NCBI GenBank assembly: GCA_963845065.1
Contig: CAWJQQ010000009.1
Coordinates: forward strand, 1,024,001 to 1,088,000
Direction: 5' to 3'
Source: Nitrospirota bacterium
Lineage (GTDB): Bacteria > Nitrospirota > UBA9217
DNA: 64,000 nt
In this document: positions 48,805-58,718 of the stretch, one piece after another
How the letters are laid out: the number at the start of each line of letters is the position of its first letter
Position numbering within the stretch: the stretch's first letter is position 1
The notes under the pieces: model-generated
The model's input: only the letters and a program-made list of their open reading frames with translations
Database searches by the model: none
What the model was told of the DNA's origin: nothing
Made by a program: the position numbers and the translations under genes

Positions 48805-50724
48805 ATGGGAAAGTATCAAGAGCTTTTTCAGAAAAGCATTAAGGACCCGGAAGGGTTCTGGGGTGAGGCTGCGGAAGCGATTACATGGACCAAGAAGTGG
48901 GACAAAGTCCTAGATGATTCGAATAAACCGTTCTATCGATGGTTTACTGGCGGAGAAATGAACACCTGCTTCAACGCACTCGACCGGCACGTGAAATCCG
49001 GCAGAGGTGAACAGGTGGCGCTGATCTACGATAGCCCGGTGACCAACACGATCCGGAAGTACACCTATACGGAGTTGCTCGATCAGGTTTCCCGGTTTGC
49101 AGGTGCCTTGAAGAAACTGGGCGTCCAGAAGGGGACGACGGCCATTATTTACATGCCAATGATCCCACAGGCAGTGATCGCAATGCTGGCATGCGCACGA
49201 CTCGGGGCCGTTCATTCTGTTGTGTTCGGAGGATTTGCTCCCCATGAGCTCGCCATCAGGATAGACGACGCAAAACCGAAGATCATAATCACGGCGTCGG
49301 GAGCCATCGAAGGAAAGAAGACACTGGAATATAAGCCCATGCTTGATAAAGCCACAGAACTGGCCAAACATAAACCTGAAAAAAACATTATATTTCAGCG
49401 GGAGTTCGTGAAGGCCTCTATGAATCCGGGACACGACTTGGATTGGGACGAACTCATGGCAAAGGCGCAGCCCGCAGAGTGCACTTCGGTAAAGGCAACT
49501 GATCCGCTCTATATCCTCTACACTTCTGGGACCACGGGAAAACCGAAGGGAGTGGTCCGAGACAACGGCGGTCATGCAGTAGCGCTCCGGTGGAGCATGA
49601 AATATATTTACAACGTCGAACCCGGCGACGTTTATTGGGCCGCATCTGACGTTGGGTGGGTTGTAGGCCACTCATATATCGTTTATGCTCCGCTCCTCCA
49701 CGGCTGTACCACGATCATTTATGAAGGAAAACCGGTCGGCACCCCCGATGCCGGGGCGTTCTGGCGGGTCATTTCCCAGCATAAGGTCAAAGTGCTGTTC
49801 ACCGCGCCTACTGCGTTCCGGGCCGTTAAAAAAGAAGATCCTAACGGAGAATTCATCAAAAAGTACGACCTCTCCGGCTTCAAGTGCCTGTTCCTCGCGG
49901 GTGAGCGGCTCGATCCCGACACCTACCACTGGGCGCACGATCTTCTGCAAAAACCGGTTATCGACCATTGGTGGCAGACTGAAACGGGCTGGCCAATAAC
50001 CGCGAACAGCATAGGCATCGAGGTACATCCGACCAAACCAGGATCTTCCACGAAGCCGGTGCCGGGGTTCAATGTCACGATACTGGATACTAATGGCAAG
50101 CAGGTCGGTCCGAAAGTTACGGGGCTTGTTACCATTAAGCTGCCGCTCCCTCCGGGCACGCTTACTACGCTCTGGAATGAGGACCAGCAATTCCTCGAAT
50201 CGTACCTCAAAATATACCCCGGCTACTACTTTACGAGCGATGGCGGATACATAGATGAAGATGGCTACGTTTTCATCATGGGACGGGTGGACGACGTGAT
50301 CAATGTTGCGGGCCACCGGCTCTCCACTGGAGAGATGGAAGAGGTAGTATCCACTCACAAAGACATTGCTGAATGCGCGGTCATCGGCGTGTATGATAAT
50401 CTCAAGGGACAGCTTCCCGTGGGGTTATGCGTCCTGAAAGCCGGCGTGAACACAAGTGAAGAGATGATCAAAAAAGATATGGCAAAGATGATCCGAGACT
50501 CCATCGGGCCTATTGCCGGATACAAGGAAACGTGTGTCGTAAAACGGCTGCCGAAGACGCGTTCCGGCAAGATTCTGCGGGGCACTATGCGGAAGATCGC
50601 TGACGGAGAGAAGTATACCATACCGTCGACTATTGACGATCCGGCGACACTGAACGAAATCGAAGATGCGCTGAAAAAAGTGGGCTACGCTCATAAGGAG
50701 GATAGTGACGTTCTGCCTTTGTAA
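48805..50724 (+). CDS. prpE: Propionyl-CoA synthetase
   Basis: YTSGTTGKPKG, AGERLDP, DHWWQTETG, GHRLSTGEMEE, KTRSGK; propionate gene context. Confidence 0.88.
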   Translation: MGKYQELFQKSIKDPEGFWGEAAEAITWTKKWDKVLDDSNKPFYRWFTGGEMNTCFNALDRHVKSGRGEQVALIYDSPVTNTIRKYTYTELLDQVSRFAGALKKLGVQKGTTAIIYMPMIPQAVIAMLACARLGAVHSVVFGGFAPHELAIRIDDAKPKIIITASGAIEGKKTLEYKPMLDKATELAKHKPEKNIIFQREFVKASMNPGHDLDWDELMAKAQPAECTSVKATDPLYILYTSGTTGKPKGVVRDNGGHAVALRWSMKYIYNVEPGDVYWAASDVGWVVGHSYIVYAPLLHGCTTIIYEGKPVGTPDAGAFWRVISQHKVKVLFTAPTAFRAVKKEDPNGEFIKKYDLSGFKCLFLAGERLDPDTYHWAHDLLQKPVIDHWWQTETGWPITANSIGIEVHPTKPGSSTKPVPGFNVTILDTNGKQVGPKVTGLVTIKLPLPPGTLTTLWNEDQQFLESYLKIYPGYYFTSDGGYIDEDGYVFIMGRVDDVINVAGHRLSTGEMEEVVSTHKDIAECAVIGVYDNLKGQLPVGLCVLKAGVNTSEEMIKKDMAKMIRDSIGPIAGYKETCVVKRLPKTRSGKILRGTMRKIADGEKYTIPSTIDDPATLNEIEDALKKVGYAHKEDSDVLPL

Positions 50725-50779
50725 AGCAGAAGACGCGGGTGAACAAAACCTCTCGTATCGCGTGATGCCTCGAATAAAC

Positions 50780-50940
50780 AGATTCACCACAGAGTCACCG
50801 GAAGTGAAGGGGTCGTCGTTAATTGAGATCACTTTCCGTGTCTGTCGTCGGCGCTCTTTCTCCGACTACACAGACGTGCAGTTCGCCTGATAGGGGATTT
50901 TAATATGGCCCTTTGATCCTCTCTCTCCTCTGTGATCTTA
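50780..50940 (+). ncRNA. Candidate multi-stem structured RNA, family not recognised
   Basis: Closing stem CACAGAG/CTCTGTG (50788-94/50928-34) encloses three hairpins; an intrinsic terminator follows. Confidence 0.45.
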
Positions 50941-50968
50941 GCGGCATTCGCCTGGTTTGATTCGGGAC

Positions 50969-50994
50969 TGCGGCCTTCGGGCCGCATTTTTTTT
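50969..50994 (+). terminator. Intrinsic terminator
   Basis: TGCGGCC-TTCG-GGCCGCA followed by T8. Confidence 0.85.
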
Positions 50995-51006
50995 AAAGAA
51001 TATAAT

Positions 51007-51200
51007 ATGAAAACAAGAATTCGATTTGGTGATTTTGAGCTGACCCGGCTGAATGGCGGCAAGTTCGAGCTGGACGGCGAAGCCATGTCCTGCGTTGTGC
51101 ACAGCAATCTAGTAAAAGAAATTTCTGACGACTGATGAGGGCTCTATCAATCTAAGCACTTGGCCTATCTTGCTAAAAAACGCCGAGCATCTTTGCACCG
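51007..51200 (+). pseudogene. YtnP-like MBL-fold hydrolase 5' remnant
   Basis: MKTRIRFGDFELTRLNGGKFELDGEAMSCVV resembles the family motif GGxFxLDGGAMFGVVP; stop at 51133-51135. Confidence 0.65.
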
Positions 51201-51579
51201 TTGAGTAAGGCAAGGGAACAAACTTGCGGACAAGCAAAAAAAATATTTTCCATGGCCACAAGGAATGGTCTGCCTTCTAGGGACCCTAACAAACTATAAC
51301 ATTAACATTTAAAAATATACTCAACTCCTCACTTTCCGCGTTGTTGTACTACAATGATAGAAAACCATGTTCCTGCGACAGCATATCATAATATCTTTGC
51401 CAAGAAAAATTGTCTGCGCTTGACTTCTAGCCTGCCTCTGTATAGATACTTTGTTCTTAGATTTGCGCAGAAATAATCTAATAGTTGACAAATATGGTAT
51501 TATTACAACTATGGAGTGAATTTGGCAGGCACTCCGAAACACGTACGTACAGACACCATCGATAGATGCGGTTAATTTA

Positions 51580-53082
51580 ATGCAGATGAAAATTATCCTT
51601 ATTGCGTCAATTATGAGTGCGGCAGTGATAAGCTGTGCTGTAGGACCCAATTTCAGACCGCCAGAGGCCCCAAATACCCGTTCATATACTGCGGAGCCGC
51701 TACCCGAAGAAACAACGGCATCAACCGGGACAGGAGGCGCATCTCAGCGTCTGATCTCGGGACAGGATATCCCCGGCCAGTGGTGGAAGTTATTTCATTC
51801 TGCAGAGTTGGAGCAAGTGATACGCCAAGCGTTAGCGGACAATCCGACTCTCGCTGTTGCAGAGGCGACTCTTCGCCAATCGCAAGAAAATCTGAACGCT
51901 CTTGTCGGATCCGCTCTTTACCCTGCAGTGAACGCTAGTGGCACGGCTTCAAAGGAGAAGATTTCCGGCGCCGAATTCGGAGAGCCCACAGTTAGCTTCC
52001 CCCCTTTTACGCTCTATAATGCATCAGTGAGTGTTTCCTATTCTCTCGATCTTTTCGGTGGAGCGCGGCGCGAACTTGAGGCCTTGCGCTCACAAGTCGA
52101 TTATCAACGCTTCCAGCTCGAGGCGGCCTATCTGACGATCACATCGAACATCGTAACGACGGCAGTAAGAGAGGCCCTGTTGCGGGCTCAGTTGTCGGCA
52201 ACTCAGGAGATCATAGCCGCTGAGGGCAGACAGCTCGAGATAGTCGAGCAGCAGTTCCAGCTGGGTGGCGCAGCGCGAACAGACGTGCTGGCGCAGCAGA
52301 CCCAGCTCGCGCAAACGCGAACAACCTTACCACCATTGCAAATGGAACTTGCCCAAACGCGCCACCTATTGGCGGTGCTTGTGGGTCGGTTGCCTAGTGA
52401 AGCAGTGAACCTTCCTCAGTTTACTCTAGACGGACTGCAACTGCCCATAGAACTGCCTGTAAGCCTGCCTTCCTCGCTGGTGCGGCAGCGCCCGGATATC
52501 CGCGCTTCAGAGGCTCTTCTACACGCAGCGAATGCTGAGGTTGGCGTGGCCACTGCAAATCTATATCCGCAGCTAACGTTGACCGGCAGTTATGGTACGG
52601 AGGCAACTACAGGGGGAACTCTTTTCAGAAGCGGTACGGCTGTCTGGAGCCTGGGCGGAGGGCTGTTACTACCGCTGTTTCACGGCGGAGCACTGAATGC
52701 ACAGCGGCGTGCTGCTGTTGCGGTGTTTGATCAAGCAGCAGCCCAATATCGTCAGACCATATTGCAGGCCTTCCAGAACGTGGCTGATGTGCTGCGCGCG
52801 CTTGAAGCCGACGCTAATGAACTCAAGGCGCAGGCTGACGCGGACGCTTCCGCTCGCGATTTATTAGAACTCACGCAGAAACAGTTTCAGCTAGGTGCAG
52901 TGAGTTATCTGTCGCTGCTCAATGCCGAGCGAGAGTACCAGCAGACAAAAATCGGTTTGGTGCAGGCACAGGCTTCCCGGTTCTCCGATACAGCGGCACT
53001 ATTCCAGGCTCTCGGTGGCGGCTGGTGGAATAGGATTGAATTGACGAAGGATAGTTCAGCAGGATTATCTAGGAAGGAATGA
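51580..53082 (+). CDS. RND efflux outer-membrane lipoprotein (NodT family)
   Basis: Lipobox ISC-AVGP, LDLFG, RQRPDIRASE, ALGGGW. Confidence 0.93.
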   Translation: MQMKIILIASIMSAAVISCAVGPNFRPPEAPNTRSYTAEPLPEETTASTGTGGASQRLISGQDIPGQWWKLFHSAELEQVIRQALADNPTLAVAEATLRQSQENLNALVGSALYPAVNASGTASKEKISGAEFGEPTVSFPPFTLYNASVSVSYSLDLFGGARRELEALRSQVDYQRFQLEAAYLTITSNIVTTAVREALLRAQLSATQEIIAAEGRQLEIVEQQFQLGGAARTDVLAQQTQLAQTRTTLPPLQMELAQTRHLLAVLVGRLPSEAVNLPQFTLDGLQLPIELPVSLPSSLVRQRPDIRASEALLHAANAEVGVATANLYPQLTLTGSYGTEATTGGTLFRSGTAVWSLGGGLLLPLFHGGALNAQRRAAVAVFDQAAAQYRQTILQAFQNVADVLRALEADANELKAQADADASARDLLELTQKQFQLGAVSYLSLLNAEREYQQTKIGLVQAQASRFSDTAALFQALGGGWWNRIELTKDSSAGLSRKE

Positions 53083-53150
53083 TAGCCGTTAATTGCAACA
53101 TCTCTGAGATTGGCTGCATTTGGTTGAATGTATAAAAGGAGAAGCGCCTC

Positions 53151-54278
53151 ATGGCAAGGAAAATGGTAATTATGATTGTAGTTGTCGGTGTGCTATTAGG
53201 CGGCCTATTCGGTTTTAAAGCTTTCAAGGCCAGCATGATGAAAAAATATATGTCCTTCAAGATGCCGCCGGTGACGGTTAGCGCCATGAAGGCTGAATTC
53301 CAACCGTGGCAGCCGCAAGTGAAAGCCGTCGGAAGTCTGCGCGCCGTCCGTGGCGTCGATGTGACCAGTGAGATATCGGGGCTCGTACGCTCGCTCCATT
53401 TCGAGTCCGGCGAGGAAGTCAAAGATGGACAGGTCCTGGTCGAGCTCAACGCCGATGCAGATATTGCACAACTGCATGCCTATCAAGCTGCGGCAGATCT
53501 GGCAAAGACGATATATGAGCGCGATAAGAAGCAGTTCGAGATTCAGGCGGTCAGTCAGGCAACGCTGGACAGCGAAGCGGCAGATCTCAAGAGCAAACGC
53601 GCCCAGGTTGCAGCGCAGCAGGCAGTAGTCGACAAAAAGACCATTCTTGCGCCCTTCAGCGGCAGGCTCGGTATCAGTACGGTCAATCCCGGACAATATA
53701 TTAATCCAGGTGATAAGATCGTTACACTTCAGGACCTGAATCCTCTTTACGTGGATTTTTATCTACCGCAGCAGGAACTCTCTCGTGTCGAGCTTGGACA
53801 GACCGTTACCGTAACTACCGACACGTACCCCGGCCGTACGTTCACAGGAAAGATCACGGTCGTCAATCCGAAAGTGGACCCTGATACGCGGAACTTCCAG
53901 GCGGAGGCGACGATCGCCAACCCGAAACGCGTGTTGTTGCCGGGAATGTACGCAACCGTTGAAGTTCGGGCTGGCGTTACGCAGCGCTATTTGACGCTGC
54001 CGCAGACTGTCGTGACCTATAATCCGTATGGAGATACTGTTTTCGTCATCCAAGAAAGCGGGAAGGGTGCTGACGGAAAGTCTCGTCTGATTGTTCAACA
54101 GCGCTTTGTCACCGTAGGTCCTATCCGCGGCGACCAGGTTGCTATACTCACCGAGGTCAAAGAAGGCGATATGGTAGTGACGAGCGGTCAACTGAAACTG
54201 AGGAATGGCAGCGAGGTGATAATTAATAACCAGGTTCAGCCGGAGAATGAGCAAGCACCGAAACCGGTGGACCAGTAG
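53151..54278 (+). CDS. RND efflux periplasmic adaptor (MFP)
   Basis: N-terminal TM, lipoyl-like halves, APFSGRLG, LLPGMY, GQLKL. Confidence 0.93.
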   Translation: MARKMVIMIVVVGVLLGGLFGFKAFKASMMKKYMSFKMPPVTVSAMKAEFQPWQPQVKAVGSLRAVRGVDVTSEISGLVRSLHFESGEEVKDGQVLVELNADADIAQLHAYQAAADLAKTIYERDKKQFEIQAVSQATLDSEAADLKSKRAQVAAQQAVVDKKTILAPFSGRLGISTVNPGQYINPGDKIVTLQDLNPLYVDFYLPQQELSRVELGQTVTVTTDTYPGRTFTGKITVVNPKVDPDTRNFQAEATIANPKRVLLPGMYATVEVRAGVTQRYLTLPQTVVTYNPYGDTVFVIQESGKGADGKSRLIVQQRFVTVGPIRGDQVAILTEVKEGDMVVTSGQLKLRNGSEVIINNQVQPENEQAPKPVDQ

Positions 54279-54380
54279 AGATGGGGAGTTCGATAAACGA
54301 TGTCTGATCTATGATTCACGAAGAAGTCGGTTTTTTTCTCTCTTGTTAATCGTGCAGCATGGATCGTCATAGGTGTTCCT

Positions 54381-57300
54381 ATGAAATTTACTGATCTATT
54401 CATAAGACGTCCGGTACTTGCCACCGTGGTTAGCCTGCTAATCCTGGTACTCGGTCTACGGTCTATGGGGCTCCTGCCTGTTCGTCAGTATCCGCTGATT
54501 CAGAATGCAGTGGTGACGGTCCAGACCACCTATTATGGTGCAGACCCAGCGTTGGTTGCCGGTTTCATTACAACGCCGCTCGAAAATTCCATTGCCCAGG
54601 CGAGTGGCATTGACTATTTGACTTCGTCGAGCCAGCTTAGTGTGAGCACTATCCAGGCGAGCCTGCGCTTGAACTACGATCCGAACAAGGCTTTAACGGA
54701 GATCAATACGCGGGTGAATGCGGTTCTAAACAAACTTCCAAGGGACGCGCAGCAGCCGGTCATTACCATCGCCATCGGCGAGACTATTGATTCCATGTAC
54801 ATGGGGTTTTATAGTTCTGTGCTTCCCACGAACAAAATCACCGACTATCTGATCCGGGTTGTCCAGCCCAAGCTGCAGGCCGTCGATGGTGTGCAGACCG
54901 CCGAAATTCTCGGCCAGCGCCTATTCGCGCTGAGGGCGTGGCTCGACCCGGACCGGATGGCGGCTTACGGCGTGAGCGGCACCGACGTCAGTGACGCTCT
55001 TGCCGCAAACGACTTTATTTCAGCCGTTGGTCGCACCAAGGGCCAGATGGTTACCGTCGACCTCAATGCGGACACCGGCATGCATTCCGTGGAAGAGTTC
55101 CGGAACCTCGTAATTAAGTCTCAGAACGGTGCGATTGTTCGGCTTGGAGATGTCGCCAATGTGACACTGGGCGCTGAGGATTATGATACAGCGGTTGCCT
55201 TCGACGGCAAGAGCGCCGTGTTTATCGGTATTAAAGTGGCCCCGACGGCGAACCTGCTTTCGGTTGTCGCTGGAGTACATAAAGCATTTCCCCCCATTGC
55301 ACAGCAATTGCCGGAAGGACTGCAAGGCCGCATCGTATACGATGCCACCAAATACGTCAACAGTTCGATAAAAGAGGTTATTTTTACGTTGGTCGAGGCG
55401 CTTCTGATCGTGACAGCCGTGATCTTCCTGTTCCTCGGCACCGTGAGGTCCGTGCTCATCCCGACGATTGCCATGCCGCTCTCTCTCATCGGCGCGTTCT
55501 TTATCATGCTCGTCCTGGGCTACACTATCAACCTCTTGACGCTGCTTGCGTTGGTACTCGCCATCGGCCTCGTCGTTGACGACGCGATCATCGTCGTGGA
55601 GAACGTGCATAGGCACATGGAGGCAGGAATGAAACCGCTGCCTGCCTCGCTTCAGGGCGCGCGTGAACTCGCTGGTCCGATCGTCGCGATCTCTGTCGTG
55701 CTGATCGCGGTGTACATACCGATTGGGTTCATGGGAGGTCTCACAGGTGCGCTCTTTACCGAGTTTGCCTATACGCTGGCCGGCGCTGTGGCCGTGTCAG
55801 CCATCATCGCGCTCACGCTGTCTCCTATGATGTGCTCTCGGTTTTTAAAACCCTATGGGCATGAAAGCCAGAACCGGTTCGCATCTTGGGTTGATAGACA
55901 ATTCAATCGGCTACGCAGCGGCTATGAGCGATTATTGCATGATTCACTCAACACCCTGCCGGTCACGGGCGTGTTTGCTGTTCTCATTCTGGTTAGCATC
56001 TATTTTCTGTACACGACGTCGAAGAGCGAACTCGCGCCGCAGGAAGACCAGGGGATCCTTATTACCATCGCCACTGCCGCACCGAACGCCTCGCTGGAAC
56101 AGACGCGGCTTTTTACCCGGCAAGTATATGATACCTTCGATTCCTTTTCGGAAACGGACCATGTATTTCAGTTCGATGGTGTTAGTGGCCTCAATACGGG
56201 CATCGCGGGTATGGTGCTGAAACCTTGGGACGAACGCAAGCTCACAGCAGATCAGCTTCAGCCACAGTTGCAGATGAAGCTCGGCAATATAGCAGGCCTG
56301 CGCGCTGTTGCATTTCAAAACCCGCCTTTACCGGGTTCGGGTCGTGGATTGCCGGTGCAGTTCGTAATTGGCACTACCGAACCCTTTGCAAGACTGAACG
56401 ATGTATCGCAGGCGCTTATAGGCAAAGCCTACGCAACTGGAAAATTCGCGTTCCTCGATACGGATCTTAAAATCGATAAAGCTCAGACCAACCTGGAGTT
56501 CGATCGCGATAAGGCCGGTCAACTCGGTCTGACAATGAGTAACGTCGGCGGCGCGCTCGGTTCTATGCTGGGCGGCGGTTACGTCAACTACTTTAGCCTT
56601 TCCGGCCGTTCCTACAAGGTGATCCCACAGGTGATGCAAAGTGACCGGCTCAATGCTGCGCAGCTGCAGGACTACTACATAAGGACCCCAAGCGGAGCAT
56701 CAGTCCCCATTTCGACTATCACGAAACTGAAGACCGCGGTCGTTCCCGAATCACTCAACCACTTCCAACAACTCAACTCGGCGACTATCTCGGCAGTAAT
56801 GAAACCGGGGGTGACGCTAGGCGAAGCGTTGGACACGCTCAAAGCGCTTTCCAAGGACGTGCTTCCCCAGGGCTACAGCATTGATTACGCAGGCCAATCG
56901 CGACAGTATGTGCAGGAATCAACGGCATTGGAGGTGACGTTTTTCTTCTCACTTATCATCATTTTCCTCGCGCTGGCGGCACTGTTCGAAAGTTTCCGTG
57001 ATCCATTCACTGTTCTGATAAGCGTGCCCATGTCGATCTGTGGGGCCATGATCTTTATCAGCTTGGGCGTCGGGGGTGCCAGCCTCAACATCTATACCGA
57101 AGTGGGTCTTGTCACGCTAATTGGCCTTATCAGCAAACATGGCATTCTGATCGTACAGTTCGCGAACGATTTGCAGCGCGAGGGGAAAGGAAAACGGGAG
57201 GCCGTTGAGATGGCTGCCGCCATCCGGCTTCGGCCGATCCTCATGACCACTGCGGCCATGGTACTGGGCGTTCTGCCGCTCGTTACCGCGTCGGGCGCGG

Positions 57301-57458
57301 GAGCAGCGGGCCGGTTTAGTATGGGCTTGGTGATCATGACGGGTATTTCTATCGGGACCCTGTTCACATTGTTTGTGGTGCCTGCAATGTACATGTTCCT
57401 TGCTGCCGAACATACAAAGAAAGAATCGGCAGAAGACATGGCTGAAATAGCATCGTAA
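54381..57458 (+). CDS. RND efflux permease (AcrB/MexW-like)
   Basis: FIRRPVLA, GLVVDDAIIVVEN, SKHGILIV, RLRPILMTT. Confidence 0.95.
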   Translation: MKFTDLFIRRPVLATVVSLLILVLGLRSMGLLPVRQYPLIQNAVVTVQTTYYGADPALVAGFITTPLENSIAQASGIDYLTSSSQLSVSTIQASLRLNYDPNKALTEINTRVNAVLNKLPRDAQQPVITIAIGETIDSMYMGFYSSVLPTNKITDYLIRVVQPKLQAVDGVQTAEILGQRLFALRAWLDPDRMAAYGVSGTDVSDALAANDFISAVGRTKGQMVTVDLNADTGMHSVEEFRNLVIKSQNGAIVRLGDVANVTLGAEDYDTAVAFDGKSAVFIGIKVAPTANLLSVVAGVHKAFPPIAQQLPEGLQGRIVYDATKYVNSSIKEVIFTLVEALLIVTAVIFLFLGTVRSVLIPTIAMPLSLIGAFFIMLVLGYTINLLTLLALVLAIGLVVDDAIIVVENVHRHMEAGMKPLPASLQGARELAGPIVAISVVLIAVYIPIGFMGGLTGALFTEFAYTLAGAVAVSAIIALTLSPMMCSRFLKPYGHESQNRFASWVDRQFNRLRSGYERLLHDSLNTLPVTGVFAVLILVSIYFLYTTSKSELAPQEDQGILITIATAAPNASLEQTRLFTRQVYDTFDSFSETDHVFQFDGVSGLNTGIAGMVLKPWDERKLTADQLQPQLQMKLGNIAGLRAVAFQNPPLPGSGRGLPVQFVIGTTEPFARLNDVSQALIGKAYATGKFAFLDTDLKIDKAQTNLEFDRDKAGQLGLTMSNVGGALGSMLGGGYVNYFSLSGRSYKVIPQVMQSDRLNAAQLQDYYIRTPSGASVPISTITKLKTAVVPESLNHFQQLNSATISAVMKPGVTLGEALDTLKALSKDVLPQGYSIDYAGQSRQYVQESTALEVTFFFSLIIIFLALAALFESFRDPFTVLISVPMSICGAMIFISLGVGGASLNIYTEVGLVTLIGLISKHGILIVQFANDLQREGKGKREAVEMAAAIRLRPILMTTAAMVLGVLPLVTASGAGAAGRFSMGLVIMTGISIGTLFTLFVVPAMYMFLAAEHTKKESAEDMAEIAS

Positions 57459-57525
57459 TCAGGCCAATTCTTATGAAAATATATGGATATTTTCTGCTCT
57501 CGCGAGTGAGGGGGGACGGTGTTCA

Positions 57526-58473
57526 ATGATAAAGCGCAAACTTGGAAATTCAGGTATAGAAATCACGCCCCTTGCCTTGGGCGGCAATGTCTTCGGATGG
57601 ACAGTTGATGAACCGACGGCATTTAAGATATTTGATGCTTTTGTAGAAACTGGACTTAATCTAATTGATACTGCAGATTCGTATTCCCGCTGGGTCGCTG
57701 GCAATAAAGGTGGTGAATCAGAGACAATCATCGGGAAATGGCTGAAACAGAGTGGAAACAGAAACAATGTGGTCATAGCTACCAAAGTCGGGAGTGAAAT
57801 GGGACCGAGGAAGCGCGGACTTTCGAAATCCTATATTCTGCGTGCGGTTGAAGATTCGCTGAAACGCCTGCAGATAGATCATATTGATCTTTATCAGTCG
57901 CATTACGACGATCCGGCTACACCATTGGAGGAAACGCTCGGTGCATTCGAGGAATTGATCAAGCAGGGAAAGGTGCGGGCAATAGGCGCTTCAAACTTCA
58001 GTGCATCGAGACTTTTCATGGCGTTGCAAGTCAGCAAGGACCGGGGATTGCCGGCTTACGAATGCCTGCAGCCCCGCTATAATCTCTATGATCGAGCCGA
58101 TTATGAACAATCTCTCGAACCCCTCTGCCGGGAACAGGGATTGGGAGTGATCACATACTATTCTTTGGCAAGTGGATTTCTTACGGGCAAGTACCGGTTG
58201 GAAAAAGATTTGTCTAAGAGTGTCAGGGGCCAAGGGATTAAACTCTATCTGAATGAGCGTGGGTTCCGGATTCTCAAGGCTCTAGATCAGGTTGCCAAGC
58301 AATACCATTCTACTCCATCGAGCGTTGCCCTTGCCTGGCTTATAGCACGTCCGGGAGTCACTGCCCCGATTGCCAGTGTGACGAGCTTGGAGCAATTGAA
58401 TGACCATATAGCCGCGACAAGGCTGGAACTAGACCAGGAGTCGATAGAACTGCTGACACAGGCGAGTGACTAG
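57526..58473 (+). CDS. Aldo/keto reductase
   Basis: GGNVFGW, DTADSY, ATK, DLYQSH, GKVRAIGASN. Confidence 0.93.
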   Translation: MIKRKLGNSGIEITPLALGGNVFGWTVDEPTAFKIFDAFVETGLNLIDTADSYSRWVAGNKGGESETIIGKWLKQSGNRNNVVIATKVGSEMGPRKRGLSKSYILRAVEDSLKRLQIDHIDLYQSHYDDPATPLEETLGAFEELIKQGKVRAIGASNFSASRLFMALQVSKDRGLPAYECLQPRYNLYDRADYEQSLEPLCREQGLGVITYYSLASGFLTGKYRLEKDLSKSVRGQGIKLYLNERGFRILKALDQVAKQYHSTPSSVALAWLIARPGVTAPIASVTSLEQLNDHIAATRLELDQESIELLTQASD

Positions 58474-58718
58474 TAAGGTATCTCCTTTATCACTCCGACC
58501 ATGAAGACCCCATCCAAACTAAGTATAGGTTGTATATAATCTGCGACGTAGGCATGAACGTTATAATTTAGGATTCTACGCGTGAAACCCTAACAAATCA
58601 GCAGCCCAGTTTTTAGGGGACTTCTGGATTGCGGGGAAGGTGAAAAGCAGCGATAAAAAAGTAAATCGAATTCAACACCTCGTTCACATAAAAATCATAG
58701 GCTCGAGTGCGCATCATT

